A stretch of DNA of 64,000 nucleotides from an uncultured Phycisphaerales bacterium (GCA_963772725.1 CAVYYI010000003.1:256001-320000), one strand, 5' to 3'. Shown: positions 43,764 through 54,745, counted from the stretch's first letter. Made by a program: numbers and translations. Notes: a model not told the origin generated them from the letters alone.

Positions 43764-44825
43764 ATGACAAACAAGCCAGGCAAGGGCAAATGTAAAAAAG
43801 CACATAGTATCATAAACAAAGCGGCGTATTTTTGGATTTTTGTTCTCATAATTACGGCGACAGGATGCAGTTTAGACGGCGGCCCAAGAGCAAGGCTCGG
43901 ATGCCTGCCGACGGCTATGTTTGCTAATCCTGATAACCTGGGGACGCATAACTACACTATGCCTTTTACCGAGTCAAGCGGGATTGTTTACACTTGCAGG
44001 GGCGGGAGTATTGACCTGGATCACATACGGGGAAACGCGGATAACACGAGGTATCTTTTCAAGAAAATCAGCAAGACATTATCGAAAGAAAATAAGGGAT
44101 TTTCCTTTTCACTGACTGGGGAATCTTCCGTGCATAAGATTCAGTTTACATATCCGAAAGACTGGGAGAGCAGGCCGAATAAAGACAAGATTATCGAGGA
44201 AATTGCTTATGGGACAGCACCATATATAGCGTTTAATGCGACGATTTGGCATGAAATTATGACGTGGTACGGGGTGCATTTTCTGCTGATTGAGCCAGAG
44301 TTTAATTCGGCTTTTTCGTGGGAAGATATTTATTCGAATATGGTGGGGATAACACTGAGCGTTGAGGCGATGAAAGATAAGCAGCACAGCTACAATGAGG
44401 CGATGACGATTCTGCTGAAAAAGCAGTTAAAGGGAATGCAGCTTCAGCCGGAAAGCGTGGCGATTCGGGCGACGCAGTCGGTTAAGGGCAAGTGGTGGGA
44501 CAAACATTTTGGTACTGATATGAAAATGAGAAACTTCGATATCGGTCTTGATGACGGTTTTGTTAGTCCATGTTTGATTCCTTGGGTGGCGGAATGTGGC
44601 AATAGTCAGCCTTTGCTGCTGGCAGCGCCGTCGCTGGCGACTTTGAAAAAATATGGCTTCTCGATGTCCCATGAGATTAAGCCGAAAATTCTTCTTCAGC
44701 AGGGACGAATATTCAAGGCGGCCAATACAAAAGCAAAAACAATAATACCGGAAAAAGATTTCCCTGCTATCATAAAGGCGATGAAGAAAGAGTCGATTGA
44801 ACTGGGTTACAAGTACAACGGGTAA
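43764..44825 (+). CDS. DUF4056-like lipoprotein, copy 2
   Basis: Lipobox ATGC, YTCRGGSIDLDHIR, WHEIMTWYG, SAFSWEDIYS. Confidence 0.8.
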   Translation: MTNKPGKGKCKKAHSIINKAAYFWIFVLIITATGCSLDGGPRARLGCLPTAMFANPDNLGTHNYTMPFTESSGIVYTCRGGSIDLDHIRGNADNTRYLFKKISKTLSKENKGFSFSLTGESSVHKIQFTYPKDWESRPNKDKIIEEIAYGTAPYIAFNATIWHEIMTWYGVHFLLIEPEFNSAFSWEDIYSNMVGITLSVEAMKDKQHSYNEAMTILLKKQLKGMQLQPESVAIRATQSVKGKWWDKHFGTDMKMRNFDIGLDDGFVSPCLIPWVAECGNSQPLLLAAPSLATLKKYGFSMSHEIKPKILLQQGRIFKAANTKAKTIIPEKDFPAIIKAMKKESIELGYKYNG

Positions 44826-44843
44826 GCGGGAAAGGCGTTCAGT

Positions 44844-45920
44844 TTAAGGCGATGTTGTTTCAGGCGCTATTTTAATCTCCCCTGCAGCTGGTGGCTGGGG
44901 AATGGGTACTAATTTAAATTTTAGTTCGACGGGTTGTTTATTTTGCAGTTCTATTTCGCCTGAACGGACGTATTCTTCAGGAAGATTATAAACCACAATC
45001 CGTTTAATAAAAGGCTCAGTGGACTGCGTGTCCTTGTCCTGAATTTCCAGTACAATCTGGTAGGTCATACTTTCATATTTCTGTTTGGCTTCAAGGGTTG
45101 CCTTGATAGGTATAGTGCGTATAACATCAGCGAGGTTATCTTTATCGGGTACCACAAGGTATTTGCCCTGCAAAGTCGGACTTAATAAAAAACCAAGTTT
45201 GGCGCCGGTTATGTTGTAAACTTTGCGAGGGTCTTCTTCGGGAGGAATTATAATTTTGACGGTTTCCGCTGCGGACCTTCTCTGGTTCGTGGCCAATTCA
45301 ATATACGGATTTTTTGTAATACCTGATAAAGCCTGTGTGGTTTCTCCGCGGTCCAAGGTAACTTTTGCGACGCATTTTTCGCCCTGCCAGTCGGCGGGAA
45401 CGTACATTTCAATCTGAGCAGGTTCGATGGTTGCGGTTGTTACGAGTCGCCCATCCTCACCATAGCATTTTATCGGCAGCATTTTTTTAACAAGCTGTCG
45501 AATGTTTACAGTCAATTTGTCCGGCTGGCAGGACTCAACTGCAAAGCCAAGATTTTTAATTGCTTCGCTTTTTTTAAGAAAATCGACAACATCAAGATTA
45601 TATCTTCCCGGGCTGCTCATGCCTTTTTCCTGTTCCGGAACGAGGTAGAATTCGAGGGTTTTGGAGCCCTCACTTAGTTTCCGTTCTTCCTGGGCAATTT
45701 TCGATGAGGGACCCTTAACGACAATATTTATGATTGTAACGGAAGGTTCATTATTCTCTCCGAAAGTTACCCAAAGATTAGGGTTGGTTGATTTGGCGAC
45801 ACTCAGCGAAGCACTGGGAATTTTCCAATCGACTGTTTTGGCCAAATCCGCGGTTATCCAAATCAAACAGGTCAGAAAAACAACTATCAGGATTTTAACG
45901 TAATTAATCTTTTTTTTCAT
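44844..45920 (-). CDS. CdaR/YbbR-like membrane-anchored protein
   Basis: N-terminal TM ending LIW, beta-rich body with V.GP and EP..I motifs; downstream of cdaA. Confidence 0.6.
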   Translation of the reverse strand: MKKKINYVKILIVVFLTCLIWITADLAKTVDWKIPSASLSVAKSTNPNLWVTFGENNEPSVTIINIVVKGPSSKIAQEERKLSEGSKTLEFYLVPEQEKGMSSPGRYNLDVVDFLKKSEAIKNLGFAVESCQPDKLTVNIRQLVKKMLPIKCYGEDGRLVTTATIEPAQIEMYVPADWQGEKCVAKVTLDRGETTQALSGITKNPYIELATNQRRSAAETVKIIIPPEEDPRKVYNITGAKLGFLLSPTLQGKYLVVPDKDNLADVIRTIPIKATLEAKQKYESMTYQIVLEIQDKDTQSTEPFIKRIVVYNLPEEYVRSGEIELQNKQPVELKFKLVPIPQPPAAGEIKIAPETTSP

Positions 45921-45979
45921 TTGAATTTTATTTTAGCACTTCAGCTAATCGACATCATACGTGATACGTTCAAAAAGAG

Positions 45980-46798
45980 CTAAAGGTTTAAATCGCCGGA
46001 CGAATCTTCCTCCAAAACTTCGGTTAAAAAACTCCTGAGCTGAGATTCAGTCAGATTTCGCTCCAGCTTTCCGTTCCTGGCGACAGAAATAATACCGGTT
46101 TCCTCGCTGACAACGACGACTACCGCGTCGGAGCTCATTGTTATGCCGATTGCCGCGCGGTGTCTTGAGCCGAGTTCCGCACCTTCAATACTGCCTTCTT
46201 CCGCCAAAGGAAGCTGAACACGTGCGGCGGCGATTTTATCCTTATTTATTATAACAGCCATATCGTGCAAAGGCGTGCCCGTCCAAAAAATGGTTTTGAG
46301 CAGTTCAGGTGAGACTTTGGCGTCAATTTTTATACCAGTTTCAATAAATTCGGCCAGCCCGACATTTTTTTCGATAACGATAATGGCGCCTGTTTTTGTG
46401 ATAGAAAGGTCTTTAACGGCGGTAATAATCTGGTTGAAAGTGTCCGCAGCCTGTCTCGGGGAACTCTTGAAAAAATCAGGTTGCCCAATACGCATAAGTA
46501 CGCGTCTGATTTCGGGCTGAAAACCGGCGACCGCAATGATGAAAATAAAAATAAGAAAACCTTTGTAGAGATATTGCAGTCGTTCGAAGCCAAACCGTTC
46601 AATGACAAGATTGAGGATTAAAACACCGATAAGAATAAAAATGACACCACGAAATAATCTTTCGCCGCGAGTACCTTCAAGAAAATCGACCGCCCAGTAA
46701 ACAAGCAGACCGATAAGGAATAATTCGATGCCCACTCTCCACCACTCATAACCCTCCAAACGTCTGAAATAGTCTATGAGTGTCTCCACAAGTCCCAA
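45980..46798 (-). CDS. cdaA: Diadenylate cyclase CdaA
   Basis: Three TMs, FQPEIRR.L..IG, GAIIVIE, PLHDMA, GSRHRAA, VSEETG. Confidence 0.9.
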   Translation of the reverse strand: MGLVETLIDYFRRLEGYEWWRVGIELFLIGLLVYWAVDFLEGTRGERLFRGVIFILIGVLILNLVIERFGFERLQYLYKGFLIFIFIIAVAGFQPEIRRVLMRIGQPDFFKSSPRQAADTFNQIITAVKDLSITKTGAIIVIEKNVGLAEFIETGIKIDAKVSPELLKTIFWTGTPLHDMAVIINKDKIAAARVQLPLAEEGSIEGAELGSRHRAAIGITMSSDAVVVVVSEETGIISVARNGKLERNLTESQLRSFLTEVLEEDSSGDLNL

Positions 46799-46858
46799 TC
46801 CTTTAGTATGTTTTTAATTTAAACCGGTTTTCATCCGTGAAATAGTAAATTGAGGTTA

Positions 46859-47113
46859 TCATGGAATCGTCAATTCATTCAAGGTGCTTGGTTTATCCAG
46901 AAGGAAAAATTTGTCAATATCCTGAATCATTTGCTCATGGTTTATTCGAGCGTTTCGTATATGCCTTCTGTTGCCTTCCGCTTCAGTTTCACCGAGTTGC
47001 GCACAGCCCTTTCCGCCCATGGGCGGTGTACATCGACACCCTGCAAACCAGACAGGCGAGACGCTCAATAAAATTACCAACACCACTAAAACTGAAGACC
47101 TTTTCATCATCAT
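46859..47113 (-). CDS. Small hypothetical lipoprotein
   Basis: Signal peptide with FAGC lipobox; GET..E..RRH...DID..FLLDKPS. Confidence 0.6.
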   Translation of the reverse strand: MMMKRSSVLVVLVILLSVSPVWFAGCRCTPPMGGKGCAQLGETEAEGNRRHIRNARINHEQMIQDIDKFFLLDKPSTLNELTIP

Positions 47114-47430
47114 TCCCTCATTGAACTTTTCATCACCCAAGCCTTGTTACCGCGCTTAAGGTTTTTCCCGTTCTTAAACAGTCATTTGTTCGCTCACATT
47201 CAAAGAAAGCTCGGCAGCCCCTTAAGCTTTAACTTATTATATCAGTTGCAGATAGCGATGTCAATTCAAAAAAGCTGTATCGGTGAATTTTGAAAAATGT
47301 TTTTTGTGTGTGATGAATAATCCCTGCCAAAACCAAGGAAATGCGATTTTTCTGGGACGTAATTATGGCAAAAAAGCTTTTAACACAACTTTTACAGAAA
47401 ATTTGAAAATTCATCGAATAAATGCGGAAT

Positions 47431-48574
47431 TTAACGCAGTTTCAGGGTTGCGATGGCGACGGCGGCAAAAGCGGCCGCCAGAAGCCAGAACCGCACCACA
47501 ACCTGGGCTCACTCCAGCCGATAAGATGAAAATGATGATGAATAGGGGCACAGCGAAAGATGCGTTTGCCGCCGGTGTATTTGAAATAAGCCGACCTGAA
47601 AAACCACACTGGCAAGTTCGATAACAAAAACCCCGCCGATAATTAAAAGCAGGATTTCGTTTCTGGTAACAAGGGCGCCATAGCCCATAGCGGCCCCAAG
47701 CGGCAGTGAGCCAACATCGCCCATAAAGGTCTGGGCAGGGTGGCAGTTGAACCACAAAAAGCCCAGAACCGCACCGAGAATAGCGGAGTAAAAGATGCTC
47801 AGTTCTCCTGCGTGCGGAGATGTGCGGCAAAAGAAGGTAACTGGCCCAGGTCACCGAGCCTGTCTGGGTCATAGTCTCGGATGCCACATAGCACAGCAGC
47901 GCCAGAACGATACTGACAATACCCAGGCAGCCGGCGGCAAGGCCGTCCATCCCGTCGGTGAGGTTGACGGCGTTGCTGGTGGCGGAAATATAAAATATCG
48001 CGATAACATAAAAGCCAGCTGCGGCAGGGCAGGCCGTATTTATAAAAAGGAACCCAGAGCAATCTTGGCGTCGGCGATATTGGCGAAGTCGAGGTATATA
48101 AAAATGACGCGATAAGGACGGCGCCGCCAATCTGAAAGATGAGTTTTTCCCAGGGCTTTGAGGCCGTCTGCGGCTGCGCTGGCGAATATCGCTGGTAAGT
48201 TTGAGCCAGTCATCGACTGCGCCAAGAGCGCCGAACCAGATCATAAAAGATTACGGCCTTTTGAACAAAGGGATTGTTGAGCTTTGCCCAAAGCAGAGTG
48301 CTTGCCAGGACTGCAAGAATGATTATCAATCCGCCCATCGTAGGGGTATTGGCCTTTTGCTTTGTAAGCTCGTTGAGGGCTGTATGGATAAAATTCGGGC
48401 TTGTCACCGATCTTTTTTCTCATCAGCCAGCGAATAATTTTTGGGCCGAACAATATCGCGATCACAAAACTTGTTAATACAGCCGCCAAAGAGCGAAACA
48501 GCACATCCTGGTAGGCATAAAAACCCAATCTTGTGAAAAACATCACGAAAAAACCATAGCAAGTGGTAAATCAT
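47431..48574 (-). CDS. mraY: Phospho-MurNAc-pentapeptide transferase (many frameshifts)
   Basis: [47 protein letters not shown] spread over several frames. Confidence 0.9.
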
Positions 48575-48580
48575 TTTATA

Positions 48581-49945
48581 TTATGAGAAAAGTTCCAATA
48601 TTTTTTTAACGGCGAGTTCCAGTTTTACAGCCCTGGAACCTTTTACTAATATTATATCGTAATCTTTTATAAATTTGTCCAGATCTATCGCAAGCCGAAT
48701 TGACATTATCAAAACATTCAGCCTGTAAATTATAGTCCGCGGTTGCTTTTGGCGGCATCAGCGGCAATCCTCGAAAATTTTCCTACCGCCAGAACAAGTC
48801 TTACATTCGCTTTGGCGATAGCGAGCGCCTAATTCAGCGTGCAGTTGTTCGCTTTGACTGCCAAGCTCACCCATATCGCCGCAGATAAAAACAAGGCGTC
48901 CGTTCTCCACAGGGGTAATTTCGGCCAATATATCAAGAGCGTTTTTCATCGAAGCGGGATTGGCGTTATAACAATCATTCAGAACCGTTATATTGCCGGC
49001 TTTCAGCACCTCGGTTCGCATAGACACCACCGGCAGCGTCTTTACCGCATCGGCAAAATCATCAATAGTTATCCCCAGATTTTTACAAACGGCCCATGCA
49101 GCGAGCGTATTTTCTATATTGCCCCTGCCCGGCAACGGCAAATCAATTTGTGTGCCTTCGATAATAAAACTGCTCACGAAACTTTTAAGATTTACATCGC
49201 AGGCCTTTACCTGTGCGTTATCCATGATGCCGAAACCGATAAATGAAATATTTTTTTTGAGGCAGGCATTAACAAGGTTCGGGCAGTCGGCGTTTACTAT
49301 CAGGGTCCCGTTTTTTTTCAGGCCGAGAGCTATCGACATTTTTTCTCTGCGTTATTGCCTCAGGCTGCCGAAACCCTCAAGATGCGCGGGCTGCGCGGTG
49401 GTAATAACCGCTATATCCGGCTGAGCGATTTTAGTCAGATATTCAATTTCGCCAGGATGATTGCTGCCGAGTTCAGCGACGATAATTTCATCGTTCGGCT
49501 CAGCACTTAGCAATGTTACAGGCAGGCCGATATTATTGTTGAAGCTTTTGGGCGACTGCACCGTGCGGTATCGCAGGCTTAGAACATGATAAATAATCTG
49601 TCTTGTGGTAGTTTTGCCGACCGAGCCGGTTATTCCGACAACCCTGAAATTATTTCTTCGCCGATATTCCGCGGCGAAAAGACCGAGAGCCTTTATGGTG
49701 TCACCCACCTTTAGCAGTTTATCGCCGTGCAGGTCTTTACTGACAACGGCACAGGCCGCCCCTTTGGCAAACACCTCTTCAATATAATTATGCCCGTCAA
49801 AATTATCCCCCGCGATAGCGAAAAAACAGTTGCCCGGCTCAACCGACCGCGAATCGCTGCTCACGCCGCTAAATGTGCCTTTAACATTTTTCGCCGTCTT
49901 GGCATTTATTATTTTTGCCAGTTCGCTGATTTGAAATTGGTTCAT
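48581..49945 (-). CDS. murF: UDP-MurNAc-tripeptide D-Ala-D-Ala ligase (frameshifted)
   Basis: DSR, FDGH, TGSVGKTT, NNNIGLP, HLEG, NDCYNANP.SM, GDMGELG, VKGSR. Confidence 0.92.
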
Positions 49946-51384
49946 TTTCCGTTTTCCAGGGCGGCAAGGGCGACTTCCTTATCGTTGAAATGAAACTTTT
50001 CGTTTCCGATTATCTGGTAAGTTTCGTGACCTTTTCCGGCAATGATTACGATGTCACCAGGAGCGGCAAATTTAATAGCCAGTTCAATCGCTTTTTTCCG
50101 GTCGGGTTCAACGGTAATTGTTTGAGCCGTGGGGTTTTTAAATCCTGTGATTATTTCGCCTATTATAAATTCAGGCTGCTCTGTTCGCGGATTGTCGGAG
50201 GTAACAATTACCAAATCCGCCAGGTGTTCGGCAACGGCGGCCATTCGAGGTCGTTTCGTGCGGTCCCTGTTTCCGCCGCAGCCGAAGACAACTATCAGCT
50301 TGCCCTTGCAAAGCGGTTTCAGCGTGGAAAGAACGTTCTTCAAAGCATCGTCTGTATGAGCATAATCGACGAGGACGGAAAAATCGCCCTCCCAGTCAAC
50401 TTTTTCGAGCCTTCCGGGGACATTTTTAAGAGCCGCTAAACCACCGGCGACAGTTTGCAGGCTAAATCCCGCTGCCAGGCACAGTCCAGCCGCCGCCAGA
50501 GAATTACTGACATTGTGCCTGCCGAACAAAGAGGTCTTTACCTTTATTTTTTGTTTGGTGTATTCGAGGACAAACTGTGTTCCGGTCATATCCATAGATT
50601 CAATATGTGCCGAGAGGTCCGCTGAATCGTCGACGGCGTACCAAAGAATCTTCGCTCTTGTTTTTTTAGCGACAGCCGAGGCATGCAGCGACTCCTTATT
50701 TAATACCGCTGTTGCGCCAGGGGACAAATTTTCGAAAAGCAGGCTTTTGGCTGCAAGATATTCCTGCTCGGTCTTGTGGTAATCCATGTGGTCGCCTGAA
50801 AGATTTGTAAATGCGGCGGCTTTAAAATCGACTGCGGCAAGCCGATTCTGAATAATGGCGTGACTGCTGGCTTCAATGGCCATATACTTTGCGCCAGCCT
50901 GCACCATTTGTTCGGTCATCTCGGCAAGTTTCAGGCAGTCAGGTGTTGTCAGAGACGAATCGAAAGTTTTCAGTCCCGTGTCGTAAAGTATTGTGCCGAT
51001 GAGGCCGCACTTTTGCCCAGCCTGCTGAATTATCGAGCGAACAAGAAATGCGACGGTGGTTTTGCCTTTTGTGCCGGTAACTACGAGGTTGGTTAATTTT
51101 GACGCGGGGTTGCCTCTCAGTGCCTGTGCGAGGATAGCGGCTGCAACCGCGGAATTTTCAACGAGAACGATTTCGGCATTTTTGCAATTGGGCGTCTTTT
51201 CACAGACGATGTATTTTGCCCCCCTGGTCAGGGCGGAAGAAATAAAATCATGACCGTCACAGGCGGAGCCTTTTATAGCGACAAAGATACCGCCGGGGTT
51301 GACGAGCCTCGAATCTATGCATACACCCGAAACACTTTTTCTGGAAATCAAATCCAGCAAACCATCCAGGGTCATATTTATCAC
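49942..51384 (-). CDS. murE: UDP-MurNAc-dipeptide diaminopimelate ligase
   Basis: TGTKGKTT, TTPD, EASSH, DHMDYH, DYAHT, DNPR, AGKGHE. Confidence 0.95.
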   Translation of the reverse strand: MINMTLDGLLDLISRKSVSGVCIDSRLVNPGGIFVAIKGSACDGHDFISSALTRGAKYIVCEKTPNCKNAEIVLVENSAVAAAILAQALRGNPASKLTNLVVTGTKGKTTVAFLVRSIIQQAGQKCGLIGTILYDTGLKTFDSSLTTPDCLKLAEMTEQMVQAGAKYMAIEASSHAIIQNRLAAVDFKAAAFTNLSGDHMDYHKTEQEYLAAKSLLFENLSPGATAVLNKESLHASAVAKKTRAKILWYAVDDSADLSAHIESMDMTGTQFVLEYTKQKIKVKTSLFGRHNVSNSLAAAGLCLAAGFSLQTVAGGLAALKNVPGRLEKVDWEGDFSVLVDYAHTDDALKNVLSTLKPLCKGKLIVVFGCGGNRDRTKRPRMAAVAEHLADLVIVTSDNPRTEQPEFIIGEIITGFKNPTAQTITVEPDRKKAIELAIKFAAPGDIVIIAGKGHETYQIIGNEKFHFNDKEVALAALENGK

Positions 51385-51440
51385 CGACCTAAACCTGAAA
51401 AAAACTTCCGTGTTTTTACTTTCCGCGCAATATAGCAGGC

Positions 51441-51578
51441 TTATGCGAAATCGGCGGTTGCTTTGCGGCCTACGCTGCGTCTCCTGTTGAGCGTTTTACG
51501 GCCCCAGTGCGACTTCATACGTTTTCTGAAACCACTCTTACGCAGCTTTTTAATCTTACTTATACGATGATTTTTCAA
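51441..51578 (-). CDS. rpmH: 50S ribosomal protein L34 (45 aa, below ORF-track cutoff)
   Basis: TTG start with RBS AGGAG: MKNHRISKIKKLRKSGFRKRMKSHWGRKTLNRRRSVGRKATADFA (GFR.RM....GR..L.RRR..GR). Confidence 0.9.
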   Translation of the reverse strand: MKNHRISKIKKLRKSGFRKRMKSHWGRKTLNRRRSVGRKATADFA

Positions 51579-51792
51579 GGTTCTTCTCCTGCTAAAAATT
51601 ACCGGAATATTCTAATTATCTGTCTTAATCCTAAAATCTTAAAAAAGGCATTATACCATCAAACCATATTATTTCAAGTTATTAAAATAGAGCATTTGAC
51701 TTCGCTTTGGCTTTGTGTAATATATTAAGATAACCGTACCGGATGAACCAGTCTGCAATATGGCGGTAAATCGCAGGTATGGCCTGTTTTTT

Positions 51793-51867
51793 GGTGAGAG
51801 TAGCTCAGTTGGATAGAGCATCGGATTGTGGTTCCGAGGGTCGCGGGTTCGAATCCCGTCTTTCACC
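51793..51867 (+). tRNA. tRNA-His(GTG)
   Basis: G-1 plus GTGAGAG acceptor, TAGCTCAGTTGGATAGAGC, TCGGA-TTGTGGT-TCCGA, GGTTCGAATCC. Confidence 0.96.
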
Positions 51868-51874
51868 CTTTATA

Positions 51875-53011
51875 TTAATCACGGCTCATAGCGTCTGTAA
51901 ATGTGCCAATATTGTTGGACCATTTCTGCGCCTCCTGCAAGTCAACCTTTCCATCCTTTACAAGCCTTGCCAGATGCGCGTCCAGCGTTAACATATTCTC
52001 GTCAGGCCTGTTTTTCGTCTTGGTTTGAAGTTGCGAATATATCTGCTCCACTTTGCCGGTGCGTATCAGGTTTGCGCAGGCGTAATTATTATTCAATATC
52101 TCCATCGCTATTATTCTGCCGGTTCCGTCCTTTTTCGGAACAAGCTTTTGACTAATCACATATTTAAGGCTCAGTGACAACTGGTTCTGCACCTCCTGCT
52201 GCCTGCCGGAAGGAAAATAATCGAGTATCCTTGTTACCGACCCCGTCGTATCTCGCGTATGCAGCGTGGAAAAAACCAGGTGGCCGGTCTCCGCCGCCAT
52301 TAGCGTCATTGAAATCGTCTCCTGGTCGCGCATCTCGCCGACAAAAATGATATCCGGGTCTTCACGCATCATCGACCGCAGGCCATCCACAAACGATTTC
52401 ACATCTTTGCCGATTTCTCGCTGACTGATTATCGAGTGTTTCTGCGGATAAATATATTCGATGGGGTCTTCCAGCGTAATAATCCGGCACGCTTTTTTCT
52501 CGCTGATTCTATCTATGAGGGAGGCTATCGTTGTGGATTTGCCCGCGCCAGTAATACCCGTTACAAGTATCAGTCCATGGTTACGATTGACAATATCCTG
52601 CCAGACGGTATTTGGAAAGCCGATGGTTTCAATTTTTGGGATGTTCAGTGACAAAGCGCGTATGGCGGCACAAATTCCATCATTTTCCTTAAAAATGTTT
52701 ATTCGGAACTGTAGCGAACCTACCCTGTACGATGAGTCCACAGTGTAATTGGCTTGGTATCTCTTCAGATTGTCATCGCTCAGCAGCGGACAAATAAGCA
52801 GCTTGGCAGTCTCCTCAGTCAGCATAGGCCCTTTGAGTTTAACCAGGTCGCCATCAATGCGGTAGGTCGGCGGTGCGCCAACCTTGAGATGAAGGTCGGA
52901 TACCCGCATTGCCCCCTTCTCCTGAAAGTACGCCAGCATATCGAGAATGCTCAGCAAACCGCTGTTTTCGCTCTCATAAACCTTTACGCTCGGCAGGTAT
53001 CCTTCGGACAT
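51875..53011 (-). CDS. pilT: PilT/PilU family ATPase
   Basis: SDLHLKVG, TGITGAGKSTT, TLEDPIE, REDPD...GEMRD, ETGHLVFSTLH. Confidence 0.88.
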   Translation of the reverse strand: MSEGYLPSVKVYESENSGLLSILDMLAYFQEKGAMRVSDLHLKVGAPPTYRIDGDLVKLKGPMLTEETAKLLICPLLSDDNLKRYQANYTVDSSYRVGSLQFRINIFKENDGICAAIRALSLNIPKIETIGFPNTVWQDIVNRNHGLILVTGITGAGKSTTIASLIDRISEKKACRIITLEDPIEYIYPQKHSIISQREIGKDVKSFVDGLRSMMREDPDIIFVGEMRDQETISMTLMAAETGHLVFSTLHTRDTTGSVTRILDYFPSGRQQEVQNQLSLSLKYVISQKLVPKKDGTGRIIAMEILNNNYACANLIRTGKVEQIYSQLQTKTKNRPDENMLTLDAHLARLVKDGKVDLQEAQKWSNNIGTFTDAMSRD

Positions 53012-53117
53012 AAAAGTCCTCCGTTTCGCTTCAAAAAAACTTCAAGCTTTATTTTATAATGGCCTATTATAAAAAGATACCTTGCGTAACGCAACCGCCA
53101 AAATATGCCGGTTGAGG

Positions 53118-53597
53118 TCAAGAGCGAATGTTTCTTTGCGTTAAAAAGTCTCTTAACTGACTTAAAAAGCCTTTTTGTCCCTTTAATATTTTGCTTTCAG
53201 CCTCCTTTAATCCGAACCACTGACCGCGGTCAACTTCGGGGAATTCCTGGGATTTGCCTGATTTTGGGGGCCATTCCATTGAAAAATAATTGCTTTTGAC
53301 TTTTGCCGCGTCAAAATAGCCCTCGATTGCCCATGCGCTGACGATTTTTCCGCTCGGCTGTTTGATTGATTTAAGTTCTATTATTTTACCGCCCGGCACA
53401 TCAAAGCCCGTCTCTTCCCTGAATTCTCTCTTAGCCGCATCTAACGCCTCTTCATTTTCTGTATATTGCCCCTTCGGCATCGACCACGCCCCGGCATCCT
53501 TTTTCTCCCAGAACGGTCCGCCGGGGTGCACGAGAAATACCTCTACCCCTCCCTCCTTGAACCGGTATATTAAAAGCCCTGCGCTTAACTTAGCCAT
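53118..53597 (-). CDS. NUDIX hydrolase
   Basis: LVHPGGP.W, PKG...AAKREFREETG, FPEVDR. Confidence 0.9.
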   Translation of the reverse strand: MAKLSAGLLIYRFKEGGVEVFLVHPGGPFWEKKDAGAWSMPKGQYTENEEALDAAKREFREETGFDVPGGKIIELKSIKQPSGKIVSAWAIEGYFDAAKVKSNYFSMEWPPKSGKSQEFPEVDRGQWFGLKEAESKILKGQKGFLSQLRDFLTQRNIRS

Positions 53598-53721
53598 CGC
53601 ACTTCTCCTGCATCTTTAAGTTTTCGATACCGGAAAAACTTTAACTTATTGCCCGGATTTGATATAGTATAAGAAATTTTGCTTAAGGAATAAATTTTAA
53701 AAGCATGGATGAAATATCAGG

Positions 53722-54143
53722 ATGAATTATCATTTGGCAATTCTCAAGGCCCCATACCTTGATATGATACTCGACGGCAGAAAAACCATTGAATCGCGCT
53801 TCACCATGACAAAGCGTGAGCCATTCGGTCAAATCAGTCCAGACGACAAAATTCTGCTCAAAATAAGCAGCGGCCCGGTTTGCGCGGCGCAATTGTTGAC
53901 AGAGTCGAGGAATTTGATAACCTTACCCCTGGAAAGATTTTGAACCTGAAAGAAAAATATAATAATCTCATCCTCGGCGGCGATAACTACTGGCAAAGCA
54001 AAGCCGCCTGTAAATTCGGTGTGCTGGTCTGGCTAAAAAATGTCCGAACCATCAAGCCGGTAAGAATCGATAAAAAGGACTGGCGTGCATGGGTCGTTTT
54101 GACCGAACATAAAAACTTCGGCTTGAGTAAAGCTCTTGTGTAA
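53722..54143 (+). CDS. ASCH domain protein (frameshift near 53885)
   Basis: PYLDMILDGRKTIESR (GxKxxExR). Confidence 0.8.
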
Positions 54144-54292
54144 GACCAAAAATTGAAAAAATAATGAGGTTGGTTTTCACATTTTCGCTGTTAATTTTTA
54201 GCAAAATAAGTGAAAATCTCCTGTTAAGATTAAAAAAATATGAAAAAAGTTCAGGTTAGAACCAATTTTATCAGTATCGCAAGGAGTAAAAA

Positions 54293-54745
54293 ATGACAAA
54301 GAAAATTATCATTGGAATCATTGTGGTGGTTGTTGCGGCAGCAATAATCATTTTAGTAATTTTAAATTCAGCTAAAAAGCAGGAACGTCCTAAAATGCCG
54401 CCATCACCCAATGAGCCGGCCAAAGCGGAATCAAATACCCCTGCGCAGCCGAGCCTGGAACAATTAAGGCAGCAGCGCTGCGCCGCAACACTGACGGAAC
54501 TGGACAGACCCTATCAGGAGAAGATTGCCAGCCTGAACGAGGCTCTGCGAAAAGCGCAACAGGAAAAAAACCAGCAGGAGGTAAATCAAATATCGGACCA
54601 GATAAAATTTCTTGAGCAGAGAAGAATTTCTCTTTTTACCCCCCAAGGTACTCCGCGAACAAGACCTGACGCTCAAAAAAGGAATCTCGCCGAGAGAATG
54701 AAAAAAGCTGTTACCGAACCCAATCAGCCGATTACGAGTCAATAA
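54293..54745 (+). CDS. Hypothetical membrane-anchored coiled-coil protein
   Basis: RBS AAGGAG, N-terminal TM, Pro-rich linker, coiled coil. Confidence 0.7.
   Translation: MTKKIIIGIIVVVVAAAIIILVILNSAKKQERPKMPPSPNEPAKAESNTPAQPSLEQLRQQRCAATLTELDRPYQEKIASLNEALRKAQQEKNQQEVNQISDQIKFLEQRRISLFTPQGTPRTRPDAQKRNLAERMKKAVTEPNQPITSQ

Noticed and set aside
51793..54745. Genomic island integrated at tRNA-His
   Set aside because: No integrase and no duplicated tRNA 3' end seen
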